Origin: Chthoniobacterales bacterium
GTDB lineage: Bacteria; Verrucomicrobiota; Verrucomicrobiia; Chthoniobacterales; JACTMZ01
Reading direction: 5' to 3'
NCBI GenBank assembly: GCA_041736875.1
Contig: JBGSSV010000111.1
Coordinates: 31-64,030, forward strand
DNA: 64,000 nt
Under the pieces are notes generated by a model. That model searched no databases. It was given only the letters and a program-made list of their open reading frames with translations, and had not been told where the DNA came from. Below, piece after piece: positions 1-13,617 of this stretch (positions within the stretch are counted from its first letter, which is position 1; each line of letters starts with the position of its first letter). The position numbers and the translations under genes are program-made.

Positions 1-586
1 GGGCGAACTTTACCGCGGGATCGAGGCGGCGGGGCGGCAGTTCGGGTTTCACGTGGTCGGTGGCGAGCTGGCCCGCACGGAGGGGCCGGCGGTGATCAAC
101 GTGGCCCTGACCGGCGACGTTTCCGCCCGGCATCTGGTCCGGCGAAGCGGGGGGCAGCCCGGGGACGTCCTTTTCGTCACCGGCTTGCTCGGAGGCTCGC
201 TGGCCTCCGGCTGGCATTTGCGCTTCCGCCCGCGGCTGCCGGAGGCCCGGTGGCTGACGGCCAATTTTCGCCTGCGGGCGATGATGGATCTGAGTGACGG
301 CTTGGCGGCGGACCTGCCACGATTGGCGGCGGCCAGCCGGACCGGATTCTGTCTTGATGCGGCGTCTGTGCCGCGGCGTCCCGGAGCCTCGCTCGCTCAG
401 GCCTTGGGCGAGGGCGAGGATTTCGAGCTGCTTTTTGCCCTGGCTCCGCGCGAGGCCGTGCGGCTCGAGGCAGCGTGGAAGAAGAAACTCCCCCGGGTGC
501 GCCTCACCCGGGTCGGTGCACTTGCTCCGCCGGGCGTGGCCGAGGGCTTGCGGCGCACCCGCGGTTTCGATCATTTTTCGGCATGA
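1..586 (+). CDS. thiL: thiamine-monophosphate kinase, C-terminal part (5' end outside window)
   Basis: ORF 53..586 is open to the window edge. It reads GDVLFVTGLLGGS...MMDLSDGLAADLPRLA...GEDFELLFA, the AIR-synthase-like C-terminal half typical of ThiL. Its stop overlaps the next ATG (ATGA at 583-586). Confidence 0.8.
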   Translation, partial: GELYRGIEAAGRQFGFHVVGGELARTEGPAVINVALTGDVSARHLVRRSGGQPGDVLFVTGLLGGSLASGWHLRFRPRLPEARWLTANFRLRAMMDLSDGLAADLPRLAAASRTGFCLDAASVPRRPGASLAQALGEGEDFELLFALAPREAVRLEAAWKKKLPRVRLTRVGALAPPGVAEGLRRTRGFDHFSA

Positions 587-1185
587 ACCCGGAGGCCTTC
601 ATCTTCGACATCGGCAACGTCCTGCTGCGATTCGACTACAACCGCGCTTTCCGTGCTGTGGAGGCCGCGGGCGGACCTGCGCCCGACCGCGCCGCGATCG
701 ACGCGCTCGGCCATCGCTACGAGCGCGGGCAGATCGAGTCCGGGGCGTTTCTCGGGCAATTGGGAGCCATCATCAACCATGTCCTGCCGGACGCGGACCT
801 GGCCCGTGCCTGGCAGGACATCTTCGAGCCCATTCAGGCGGTCTGGGACGTCGTGGAAAAACTGCACGGACGGTATCCGCTCTACCTCCTCTCCAACACC
901 AACGCCCTGCAGCACGACCATATCGTGGAGCGCTACGCGATTTTGGGAAAATTTTCCGACGGCGTGTATTCCTACCAAGCTGGCTGCATGAAGCCCGAGC
1001 CGGAGATTTTTGCCCGCGCCGTCGCGCGATTCGGAGTGCGTCCGGAGACCACGGTCTATGTCGATGACGTCACGGTTCACATCGAAGCCGGGCGCCGCGC
1101 CGGCCTGCACGCCGTGCAGTATGACCCCGCGGCACACGGGGAGTTTGTCGCCACCTTGCAGCAACTCGGCGTGACCGGCGTCTGA
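583..1185 (+). CDS. HAD-superfamily hydrolase
   Basis: The internal ATG (M37 of ORF 475..1185) overlaps the thiL stop. Motifs seen: MNPEAFIFDIGNVLL (motif I-like), LLSNTN (motif II) and VYVDDV (motif IV). Confidence 0.7.
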   Translation: MNPEAFIFDIGNVLLRFDYNRAFRAVEAAGGPAPDRAAIDALGHRYERGQIESGAFLGQLGAIINHVLPDADLARAWQDIFEPIQAVWDVVEKLHGRYPLYLLSNTNALQHDHIVERYAILGKFSDGVYSYQAGCMKPEPEIFARAVARFGVRPETTVYVDDVTVHIEAGRRAGLHAVQYDPAAHGEFVATLQQLGVTGV

Positions 1186-1207
1186 GCCTCCGGCCCGCCG
1201 CGCGGGT

Positions 1208-3039
1208 TCAGGGCTGCAGAGGAAGCAGCCAGGGAACGAGCACGACGCTGACGATCATGACCACAATCGAGAAGGGCACGCCGATGCGGACGAAATCCCC
1301 GAAGCTGTAATTGCCGGGCCCGACGACCAAGGTGTTCACCGGTGACGAAATGGGCGTCATGAATGCGGTGGACGCGGCCAGTGCCACGATCATGGCGAAG
1401 GGATACGGCGACGCGCCCAAGTCCCCGGCAATGGCCAGCGCGACCGGGGCCATCAGCACGGCGGTGGCCGTGTTCGAGATGAACAGCCCGAGCAGCGCCG
1501 TGACGGCGAAGAGGCAGGCGAGGATGGCGTAGTCGCCCGACCCGCTGGTGATGGCCATGAGGCCATCCGCGGCCAGTTCCACGCCGCCGGTCTTTTGCAG
1601 CGCGATCGAGAAGGGCAGCATGCCGACGATGAGGATCAGGCTCTTCAAATGAATCGACCGGTAGGCGCTGTCTAGGTCGATGCAGCGCAGGGCCCCGAGG
1701 AGAAGTCCGGCGATCAGCGCCGCCTGCACGTTGGGAACGATGCCGGTGACCATGAGCACAACCATGAGCAGGAGGCAGCCCACCGCCTGGAGGGTTTTGC
1801 CCGGAGCTGGCAGCACTTCGGCCCGCTCCGCTGGCAGGTTGAGCACGACCAGGTCGGACCGGTCGGACTGAAGGCGGGTGATAGCTTTCCATGCGCCGAT
1901 AACCAAGAGTGTGTCGCCCACCTTCAGGGGTTTGGTCAGGTGTCCCTCCTCGATGGCTTTCTGGCCGCGGCGCAGGCCGAGCACCGTCAGTTGGTATCGG
2001 CTGCGAAACCCTGCTTCGAGCACCGTCTTGCCGATCAGATCCGAGTCCGCCGCGATCATCACCTCGGCCATGCCGATTTCCTGGGAGCGGTCGCTGAAGT
2101 AGGCGCCGGTGATCGGCAGGACTTCGAGGGCCTGACGGGCACAGGCGCGATCAATGTCTATGTTGGAGGCAAAGATGTCCACGAGGAGAACATCCTCCGG
2201 CTGCAATTCGGATTGACCCGTGGGTGCGAAGACGGTCGTCGAAAACCGGCCTTTCCGCTCGATGCCGATCACGTTGATGCCGGACGATTCCCTCAGACTG
2301 ATCGCCGCCAGGGTCCGTCCGACCAGTGGAGACTCCGGGGTGACGCGCACCCGGAATTCGCGGTCGGCCAGCTGGTATTTTTCGATCCAGTCAAGAATGC
2401 TGACCTGGCGGGAATCCAGGCCAACGTTCGCCTGCTTCGATCCCAGCCAGCGCCGGGCCACGAGCATGTAAAGAATGCCGAGGATCAGGATCGGCAGCCC
2501 GAACGGTGTGAAGCTGAAAAAAGCGAATCCCTCGTAGCCGGAGCGGACGAGTTCGCCGTTGACCACGAGGTTCGGCGCCGTCGCCACCAGGGTCATCATC
2601 CCGCTGATCAAGGCGGCGAAGGAAATGGGCATCATTAACTGGCTGGCCGCCACCCCGGTGCTCTGCGAGATGCGCAAGGCCACGGGAATGAAGATCGCGA
2701 CCACCCCGGTTGAACTCATGAAGGCGCCCAGCGTGGTGACCACGGTCATGAGCAGGCTGGTCAGCCGGATCTGGCTCTGACCGGCGGTCTGGATGAGCCA
2801 GTCTCCCAAGCGTTGCGCGACGCCGGTGCGAACCAGGCTTTCGCCGACGACAAACAGGGCGCCGAGGAGGATGATGGTCGGATCGCTGAACCCGGCCAAG
2901 GCCTCGCCCATCGTGATGATGCCGGTGAAGGGTAGCACCGTGAGCATGATCAGCGCCACGGCATCCATGCGGGGTCGGTTCATCGCAAACATCACGATGG
3001 CCGCGACGAGTAGTCCGAGGACGATGGCGAGTTCGCTGT

Positions 3040-3043
<4 letters not shown>
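1208..3043 (-). CDS. SLC13/DASS-type anion permease with two central TrkA-C (RCK_C) domains
   Basis: 611-aa ORF with hydrophobic helix bundles at both ends. These flank two RCK_C-like inserts (VRVTPESPLVGRTLAAISLRESSGINVIGIERKG; EVMIAADSDLIGKTVLEAGFRSRYQLTVLGLRRG). The TTG start at 3043 overlaps the upstream stop (TTGA). Confidence 0.75.
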
Positions 3044-6235
<3,192 letters not shown>

Positions 6236-6274
6236 TCCACCCCTGCGAGTCATGTTCCTCCGCGGGGCTGCCCC

Positions 6275-6427
6275 ATGAAAATCCTGCTCGTCGAGGATGA
6301 TCCGGGGATTGCGGACGCGCTGGAGTATTCGCTCAAGGCGGCCGGGCATGAGGTCGTCCGGACGGCGCAGGGAAAAGCCGCGGTGGCGCTGGCCGCGGCG
6401 GCCGGGCCGATTCGGTTATCCTGCTGA
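6275..6427 (+). pseudogene. truncated response-regulator receiver domain (N-terminal ~45 aa only)
   Basis: ATG 6275 opens MKILLVEDDPGIADALEYSLKAAGHEVVRTAQGKAAVALAAAAGP, then IRLSC and TGA at 6425-6427. The frame ends before the phospho-acceptor region of a receiver domain. Confidence 0.6.
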
Positions 6428-6699
6428 GTCACAATCCCGACTACGCCGAGCTTATGCGCGATGACCGAGTCGGCCTCGTGCTCAGCGGCCACACCCACGG
6501 GGGTCAGTGCGTTTTCCCCCTTCTAGGCGCGCCGGTTATTCCCTCGCGTTACGGCCAGAAATACGCGTCGGGTCTTTGCCGCGCGCCCGTGGCCAAAGTC
6601 TTCGTCACCACCGGCGTTGGCCACAGTGCCCCGCCCGTCCGCATCAACTGCCCGGCCGAAGTCGCCCTGCTCACACTGACCCGATGGGCCGAGGGCTGA
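6409..6699 (+). pseudogene. C-terminal remnant of a calcineurin-like metallophosphoesterase
   Basis: The frame of ORF 6454..6699, extended upstream, reads DSVILLSHNPDYAELMRDDRVGLVLSGHTHGGQCVFP...VFVTTGVGHSAPPVRINCPAEVALLTL. The GHTHGG motif is present, but the N-terminal metal-binding motifs and a plausible start are absent. Confidence 0.6.
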
Positions 6700-6786
6700 G
6701 GCCTCGCGGTGTTGATCAGATTTCCTCGTGGTTCCACCGGAGCGCCCATTAACCTTCCGGCGGCTCCTCCTCACGCCCGCCAACTG

Positions 6787-8052
6787 ATGTCCTCCCCGTC
6801 CGCGCCTCCGCGCCATCGCCGTCGCTCCATGGTCACCCTGGCTGTCTCGCGGGCGATTGACGACTCCGAGTCCGGATTGATGAACAATCTTTTCCCGGTC
6901 ATTCGCGCCTCACTCGACCTCACGCTGGCCCAACTTGGCCTGCTCTCCGCCATTCCGCGGTTCGCCCGCATGATTTTCGGCCCGGTCTGGTCGATGATGG
7001 CCGACCGCTGGGGCCGCAAAAGCGTGCTCGTTTTTGCCACCGGTGGCTGGGGCGTCTGGACCGGTCTCGTCGGCCTGGCGCAAAACTTCGAACAACTGCT
7101 CATCCTCTACGCCATCGGCGCGATCGGCACGGTGGCCGGCGAACCCATCGCCAACGGTCTCATTGCCGATCATTACCAGAGCAAGGAACGAGGCAAGGCC
7201 TACGGCTGGCTGCGCAGTCTCTCCTCCTTCGGTTCGCTCGCCCTCACCCCGCTCATCGCCTTCTTCGCCCGCGATCCCGAGGGCTGGCGCTATGGTCTCT
7301 ACACCATGGGTGCCTTCAGCGTGCTCAGCGGCGTGGCCATTTTTTTCTGGGTTGATCAGCCGGTCAAAACCGGAACCGCCGTCCGCGACGCCCCCAACTT
7401 CAACTGGCATGACGTCGTGGCGCTCTGGCGTATCCCCACTTTTCGGCTCCTCGCGGGCAGCGTCATCTTTATCACCAGCATCGTCATGATGTCCTTCATG
7501 GTGACGTTCTTTGTCGAGGTGCGCGGCTGGACCACGTCCGACGCCAACTACCTGCAGGGTGCCTTCACCGCCGGCTGGATGCTCAGCTCGCTCTTGGGCG
7601 GCTTTCTTGGCGACTGGTTCGAGCGACGCCTCGGCGGCCGCGGCCGCATCATTCTCATGCAACTCTACTTGGCAGCATTTTCCGTTGCCAGCCTGATGGT
7701 GTTCCAATTCGACTGGGGCCGCGGACTGTTTCCGTTTGTCATCCTGTTTCTCTTTGGTCTCCTCGGTTCCATCGGCTTCTCGGGTGTCGTGCTTCCCGTG
7801 GTTTCCCACGTCGTGCCGGCCGTCGCGCGGGCCACCGCTTTCGCCCTGCTCTTCTCCTTTCTCCAAGGCATGTTCGCCGGCCTGCTCTCGCTTGCTGCCG
7901 GGCGGCTGGCCGATCACATCGGTTTGCAAAGCCTCATGCTCTGGATGGTGAGCGTGCCCTACGCCATCAACGCGGTCTATTGGGCATCCCTCCTGCGCAC
8001 CTACCCCCGTGACCGCGCTGCTCTCGATGGCCTCGAGGTCCGGGGGCCCTGA
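6787..8052 (+). CDS. MFS transporter
   Basis: Polytopic hydrophobic profile with the MFS loop motif GPVWSMMADRWGRKSVL. The start is uncertain (ATG 6787 or 6829 within ORF 6709..8052). Confidence 0.75.
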   Translation: MSSPSAPPRHRRRSMVTLAVSRAIDDSESGLMNNLFPVIRASLDLTLAQLGLLSAIPRFARMIFGPVWSMMADRWGRKSVLVFATGGWGVWTGLVGLAQNFEQLLILYAIGAIGTVAGEPIANGLIADHYQSKERGKAYGWLRSLSSFGSLALTPLIAFFARDPEGWRYGLYTMGAFSVLSGVAIFFWVDQPVKTGTAVRDAPNFNWHDVVALWRIPTFRLLAGSVIFITSIVMMSFMVTFFVEVRGWTTSDANYLQGAFTAGWMLSSLLGGFLGDWFERRLGGRGRIILMQLYLAAFSVASLMVFQFDWGRGLFPFVILFLFGLLGSIGFSGVVLPVVSHVVPAVARATAFALLFSFLQGMFAGLLSLAAGRLADHIGLQSLMLWMVSVPYAINAVYWASLLRTYPRDRAALDGLEVRGP

Positions 8053-8158
8053 ACCGGCTCGCGTCCCGCCCGCCGGCCTGCCTGTATTGACTGTTTCTCC
8101 GCAAATGGGGTGGTGTTGGTTGCGGGCTTGCGGTCGGGTGGACTGATGAGGATGCTTC

Positions 8159-9172
8159 GTGTTTATGGGTGCGGTTGAAGCAGTGGTCAGGCCGGAATGC
8201 GCGGATGCGGATTACGCGCAGTTTGCCGAGCGCAACCTGGACAAGATGTCGTGGTTGTATCCGCTGGTGAACAACAAGCTGGGTGCGCTGCTGTGTTTGC
8301 AGTTGCGGCACGAGCATTTGTTTTTCATGAAGGACGGACGCGTGGTGGACGAGATTGGCTACGGGGAGAACGGGAAGCGCTTTCATGAGCGTGACATGGG
8401 CAAGGTGATGCAGACGCCCGAGGAGATCACGGCGCAGGGCTACTGGTTTGTCGCGCCGCGTTACAATGCATTGGCGGCTTACGAGGCCCTCGGGCAGGTG
8501 CAGGATGGAGCTTACTACTCGGTCTTCAGCAACCAATGCCAGGACTGGGCCAACCGGGTGCGGGCCAAGTCAGCAGAGATTGAAAAGGCGGAGAACCTCG
8601 TGCCGCCGCCGGGTCGGGAGGCGTATGCTCCGCTCTACAAAGAGGTGGCGCCCACCGTTCCGGCGGCGTGGTATTTCGGCATGATCGCGGTGGTCGTCGG
8701 CGTGCTCGGGTTGGGCGCGCCCATGGCGACCGGATACCATTACCTCCGCTTCGTGGCCCTGCTGCTCGTGGCCATCGGGATCTCGGACATCGTCTACGCC
8801 TTCTCCTCGCACGCTTGGCGCACGTTTCTTTCCACCGTGTTCTTCGGTCTGCTTTCCATCGCCGGCGGCGCGCTTATCTGGACCAACGATCACTTTCTCC
8901 TCGTTCGGAGCAATGGCGTGCTCGCGCTGGTTCTCGCCGCGGTCGGCCTGGCGCGCATTGGCGTGGCTATTTCCAGTCGGCCGTTCATCGCGTGGCTCGG
9001 CACCTTCCTGACCGGGATTTTCCTCCTCCTTACGGCCTGGGTGGCGTGGGGGCATAAGGACGGCTCCGCCGCGGGGTGGTTGCTCGGCGCGTCACTCTCG
9101 TTCTCCTTCATCGCCGCCGGCGCTTCCACCATCTGGCTCAACTGGCGATTGAGCAGGGAGCGTGGAGCGTAG
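8159..9172 (+). CDS. membrane protein: N-terminal His/Cys (LRAT/NlpC-like?) domain fused to HdeD/DUF308-like helices
   Basis: GTG 8159 or ATG 8165. The soluble N-terminus contains LRHEHLFFMKDGRVVDEIGYG and YYSVFSNQCQDWANRV. About 6 hydrophobic helices follow (GISDIVYAF, LSIAGGALIW). The function call is tentative. Confidence 0.5.
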   Translation: MFMGAVEAVVRPECADADYAQFAERNLDKMSWLYPLVNNKLGALLCLQLRHEHLFFMKDGRVVDEIGYGENGKRFHERDMGKVMQTPEEITAQGYWFVAPRYNALAAYEALGQVQDGAYYSVFSNQCQDWANRVRAKSAEIEKAENLVPPPGREAYAPLYKEVAPTVPAAWYFGMIAVVVGVLGLGAPMATGYHYLRFVALLLVAIGISDIVYAFSSHAWRTFLSTVFFGLLSIAGGALIWTNDHFLLVRSNGVLALVLAAVGLARIGVAISSRPFIAWLGTFLTGIFLLLTAWVAWGHKDGSAAGWLLGASLSFSFIAAGASTIWLNWRLSRERGA

Positions 9173-9195
9173 CACGGGGGAGAGAAAAGGCGGGG

Positions 9196-9669
9196 TCAGA
9201 GGGGTTCCCAATCGGCAAACGTCGCGGCCTGCCCGACGTAGTTTTCCGTTTCGTCGAGGAGATTGAAGACGGTGGCCCGCAGGATGCGAAAACGCCGGCC
9301 CTTCCGGCTGATGCGAATGCCGGCGTAATTCGCGATGAACCCGTGGCCCGCGACTTCCTCGAGCAGTCGTTTGCGCTCGTCGCGGTGCACTGGTTCGGCG
9401 CTGGCGCTCGAGGGTTGCCCGACCAGTCCATCCCACGATGTCTCGAAGAGGGTGAGGGCGGACTGGTTGGCGTAGCAAAAAACATGGTCGGTGCCCGACG
9501 GGCCGAGGGCGGCAAGGACGACAAAGGGGGCAGCGAACAGGTCTTCCACCGCGCGTGACGGGTCGCCCGGCGGAATGAGATCGCGGCCGAGCCAGCGGCG
9601 GTAGTTTTCGAGGATCAGGCAAGTTGGACGCACCAAAGCCTTGTGCGGGACCGGAAGAGGAATACTCAT
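9196..9669 (-). CDS. MEKHLA domain protein
   Basis: Reads HVFCYANQSALTLFETSWDGLVGQPSSASAEPVHRDERKRLLEEV...GFIANYAGIRISRKGRRFRILRATVFNLLDE...GQAATFADW, which matches the MEKHLA pattern. Its ATG overlaps the bioC stop (ATGA at 9666-9669). Confidence 0.65.
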   Translation of the reverse strand: MSIPLPVPHKALVRPTCLILENYRRWLGRDLIPPGDPSRAVEDLFAAPFVVLAALGPSGTDHVFCYANQSALTLFETSWDGLVGQPSSASAEPVHRDERKRLLEEVAGHGFIANYAGIRISRKGRRFRILRATVFNLLDETENYVGQAATFADWEPL

Positions 9670-10391
9670 GAGCGTGTTGCCTCGACACGGAGGAAAACGA
9701 AGGGCGTCTCCAGGCCGTCCGCATCGGCATGAAGTTTGTCATGGCTTCGCATCGCACCGCGCAAGGCGCCAGGGGCGAACCGCCGGGGCACGACGGCACC
9801 AACGTTGTGGATGTCGCGCAGCATCGAGGCGGTGTTCGCATGGCGAAGCCGGAACGTCCTGATTTCGTGCCGCCCGACCTGCCATCCGCCGGAGGCGAGC
9901 AGGCTGAGCCATTCGCCCGTGTCGCGCCAGGCAAAAGGCGCGGCGGCGGGGCAGGCGGCGAAAAAATCTTCCATCGTCCCGCGGACAAACCATCCGGCCA
10001 TCAGCCGGGCGCCCGGGGCCGAGGCTGCATGCCATCGTGCGAAGGTCGCGAGCGGATCGGGCAGCCATTGGACGAGGCTGCTGCTGAAAATCCAGCGCCA
10101 CGCAGGTCCGGTCGGTGGCGCGTCGGCGTCGGCGACCAACCAGCGGACCTGCGGAAACGCGCGGCTTCCCCGCTCGACCATTTTCGGCGAACGGTCGGTC
10201 GCAACCAATTGTTCTGCGCGGTCCGCCAGATACCGGGTGAAAAGCCCGGTGCCCGCACCGAGTTCGAGGGCCGGACCGTCGATGCGCTCCGGCAGCCAGT
10301 CGGCGAGCCACGCCGCAGCCTCCGCTTGCACCCGCGCATGGGTGTTGTAAATCCCGGCGCGCCGGTCGAAGTCAGGCAGGGGGGAAGTCAT
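9666..10391 (-). CDS. bioC: SAM-dependent methyltransferase, BioC-like (malonyl-ACP O-methyltransferase)
   Basis: Reads FDRRAGIYNTHARVQAEAAAWLADWL...ALELGAGTGLFTRYL...LVATDRSPKMV (SAM motif I and a BioC-like N-terminus). The ATG directly follows the upstream stop (TGAATG). Confidence 0.65.
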   Translation of the reverse strand: MTSPLPDFDRRAGIYNTHARVQAEAAAWLADWLPERIDGPALELGAGTGLFTRYLADRAEQLVATDRSPKMVERGSRAFPQVRWLVADADAPPTGPAWRWIFSSSLVQWLPDPLATFARWHAASAPGARLMAGWFVRGTMEDFFAACPAAAPFAWRDTGEWLSLLASGGWQVGRHEIRTFRLRHANTASMLRDIHNVGAVVPRRFAPGALRGAMRSHDKLHADADGLETPFVFLRVEATRS

Positions 10392-11039
10392 TCACCCCGC
10401 ATCCTGCTGCAACGCGGCCGCAGCGGCGAGCAAACGGTCAAGGTCGTGGGCGGCTTCGATCACCACCAGCGAGGGCAGGACTGACTGCAAGGCGGCGGGG
10501 TCGAGCAGCGGGTCATTTCGTCCAGCCACCGCCAAGCTGCCGGGCGGCAGGAGCAGAGGAAGGGTCGCTGGTGCGAGTATCTGTTCAAGGCCCCAGACGA
10601 GGGCAGCCGCATCGGGAGCCGGCTCGTTCTGCCGCGGAGCCCGGCCGATCAGGCGGTGAAAATCTGCCACGGCGCCTGCCGGGTCGCGTTTGAGTTGCCG
10701 CAGTTGCTGGCGGATCCGTGTGGTGGCCATCGCCCCGCCGAGGCCGCTCTCCTTCTTCAGATCCACAAACGGCGCGAGGAGGAGGCGCGGACGCGGATCA
10801 TCCGTGGTCAGCAGAAGACTGGCGCCGAACGAAAACCCGCCGAGCATGGCGGCCTTTGCCTCGTGGGCACAGGCCAGTGCATCCGGACCGGAATCGACCG
10901 CCTCGTGTTGCCAGTCAGGGAAGGCCCGCTCGGCGGCCTCCAGCATGACTGCTGCGGGGATGGACCAACCGGAAATCCAGAAGATGACGCGGTCGGTCAC
11001 GCGGGCCCCGCCGCTAGTATCCGTAGTAGCCCCAACCAC
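10392..11039 (-). CDS. small alpha/beta hydrolase, putative pimeloyl-ACP methyl ester esterase (BioH/BioG-like)
   Basis: About 215 aa. Contains VIFWISGWS and the GxSxG elbow GGFSFGASLLL, and sits immediately upstream of bioC. The start is uncertain (11039, or GTG at about 11000), because 11039 overlaps the upstream lipoprotein gene. Confidence 0.45.
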   Translation of the reverse strand: MVGATTDTSGGARVTDRVIFWISGWSIPAAVMLEAAERAFPDWQHEAVDSGPDALACAHEAKAAMLGGFSFGASLLLTTDDPRPRLLLAPFVDLKKESGLGGAMATTRIRQQLRQLKRDPAGAVADFHRLIGRAPRQNEPAPDAAALVWGLEQILAPATLPLLLPPGSLAVAGRNDPLLDPAALQSVLPSLVVIEAAHDLDRLLAAAAALQQDAG

Positions 11040-11391
11040 CCCAACCGCCGGGCATCGTTTCCATCTGCGCGGCCATCATGTTCTGGTCGGAGATCTGCTG
11101 CTGGGTCACGAGGGTCGAGTAGCGTGAGTAGGCCGCCTGATCGCCGATGTAGGCGAAGTTGCCTTCGGGATCGGCATAGACATACCAGACTTTCTCGCCG
11201 CGGATCTCGCGCTGGATCGTGTAGGGCTTGAGGGTCGCGAGGGTTTCCTGGCGTTTGGGCGTGTTGGCCGGGATGACCTTGAAGCCTGCAGCGGAGAGCA
11301 GTTGCTCATTGTTTTTGCGATCGGCTTTTTCGATGGCGGCGCATCCGGTGAGGAGGGCGGCCACGAGGGCGAGGGGCAGAAGAGTTTTCAT
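11014..11391 (-). CDS. lipoprotein
   Basis: MKTLLPLALVAALLTGC is a signal peptide plus lipobox. The C-terminal tail PGGWGGWGYYGY is Gly/aromatic. ATG at 11391 (M13 of ORF 11014..11427). Confidence 0.6.
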   Translation of the reverse strand: MKTLLPLALVAALLTGCAAIEKADRKNNEQLLSAAGFKVIPANTPKRQETLATLKPYTIQREIRGEKVWYVYADPEGNFAYIGDQAAYSRYSTLVTQQQISDQNMMAAQMETMPGGWGGWGYYGY

Positions 11392-11496
11392 CGAGGGAAG
11401 GTTGACTTGGTCGGCCCGTCCCGCCAAGCGGAATTTCCGGCGGCCATTTCGTGGTTTCCTCGGCGCTGAAACTCTGTTTTTTTAAGCCTTCAGCCC

Positions 11497-13130
<1,634 letters not shown>

Positions 13131-13134
<4 letters not shown>

Positions 13135-13529
13135 AACCTTCCGCCCTGCGTCTACCCGTCCTCGCTCTTGCGGTGGTCGGTCTCGTCCTTGTGCTGGCCG
13201 GTTGCGACACGCCGGCCAAAACCGCACAGACTCTGGCCAATGACATCGTGGCTTACTCCGCCGACCCGCAACCCGAGACGGCGGTGCGGATCGAAGCTGA
13301 TTTCGCCCGCCTCGACGCACAGATCGAAAAGCTGCGCGCCGGGGGCCAGGAGGTGGAAGCTGGCGCATGGCAGCAGGAGCGCGACGCTTTGAAGCTTCGC
13401 TTTGCCGCCGCGCGCATGGCTGGCAACCTGCAGGGGGTGAAGAAGGCGGCGGAGGATCTGGGCAAGTCCTTCCGCCAGGCCGGTGAAGCTTTCGGCGAAG
13501 CCTTCAAGGACAAGCCCCCCGCCGAGTAA
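13131..13529 (+). CDS. lipoprotein (helical, unknown function)
   Basis: GTG at 13131 overlaps the pgi stop (GTGA). [25 protein letters not shown] carries a lipobox. The remainder is Ala/Glu/Lys-rich. Confidence 0.55.
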
Positions 13530-13617
13530 GGCGCGGTCCGGCGCAGGGCCGTTCATTTTCGTCTCCGTATTTGTCGCGGACTGCTTCATGCTCTTGACCC
13601 CCCAGTTTGGGGTTTTC

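Noticed and set aside
6250-6498. 82-aa minus-strand ORF spanning the response-regulator/phosphoesterase junction.
   Set aside because: It lies antisense to two recognisable gene remnants and has no motifs. The plus-strand remnants explain the region better.
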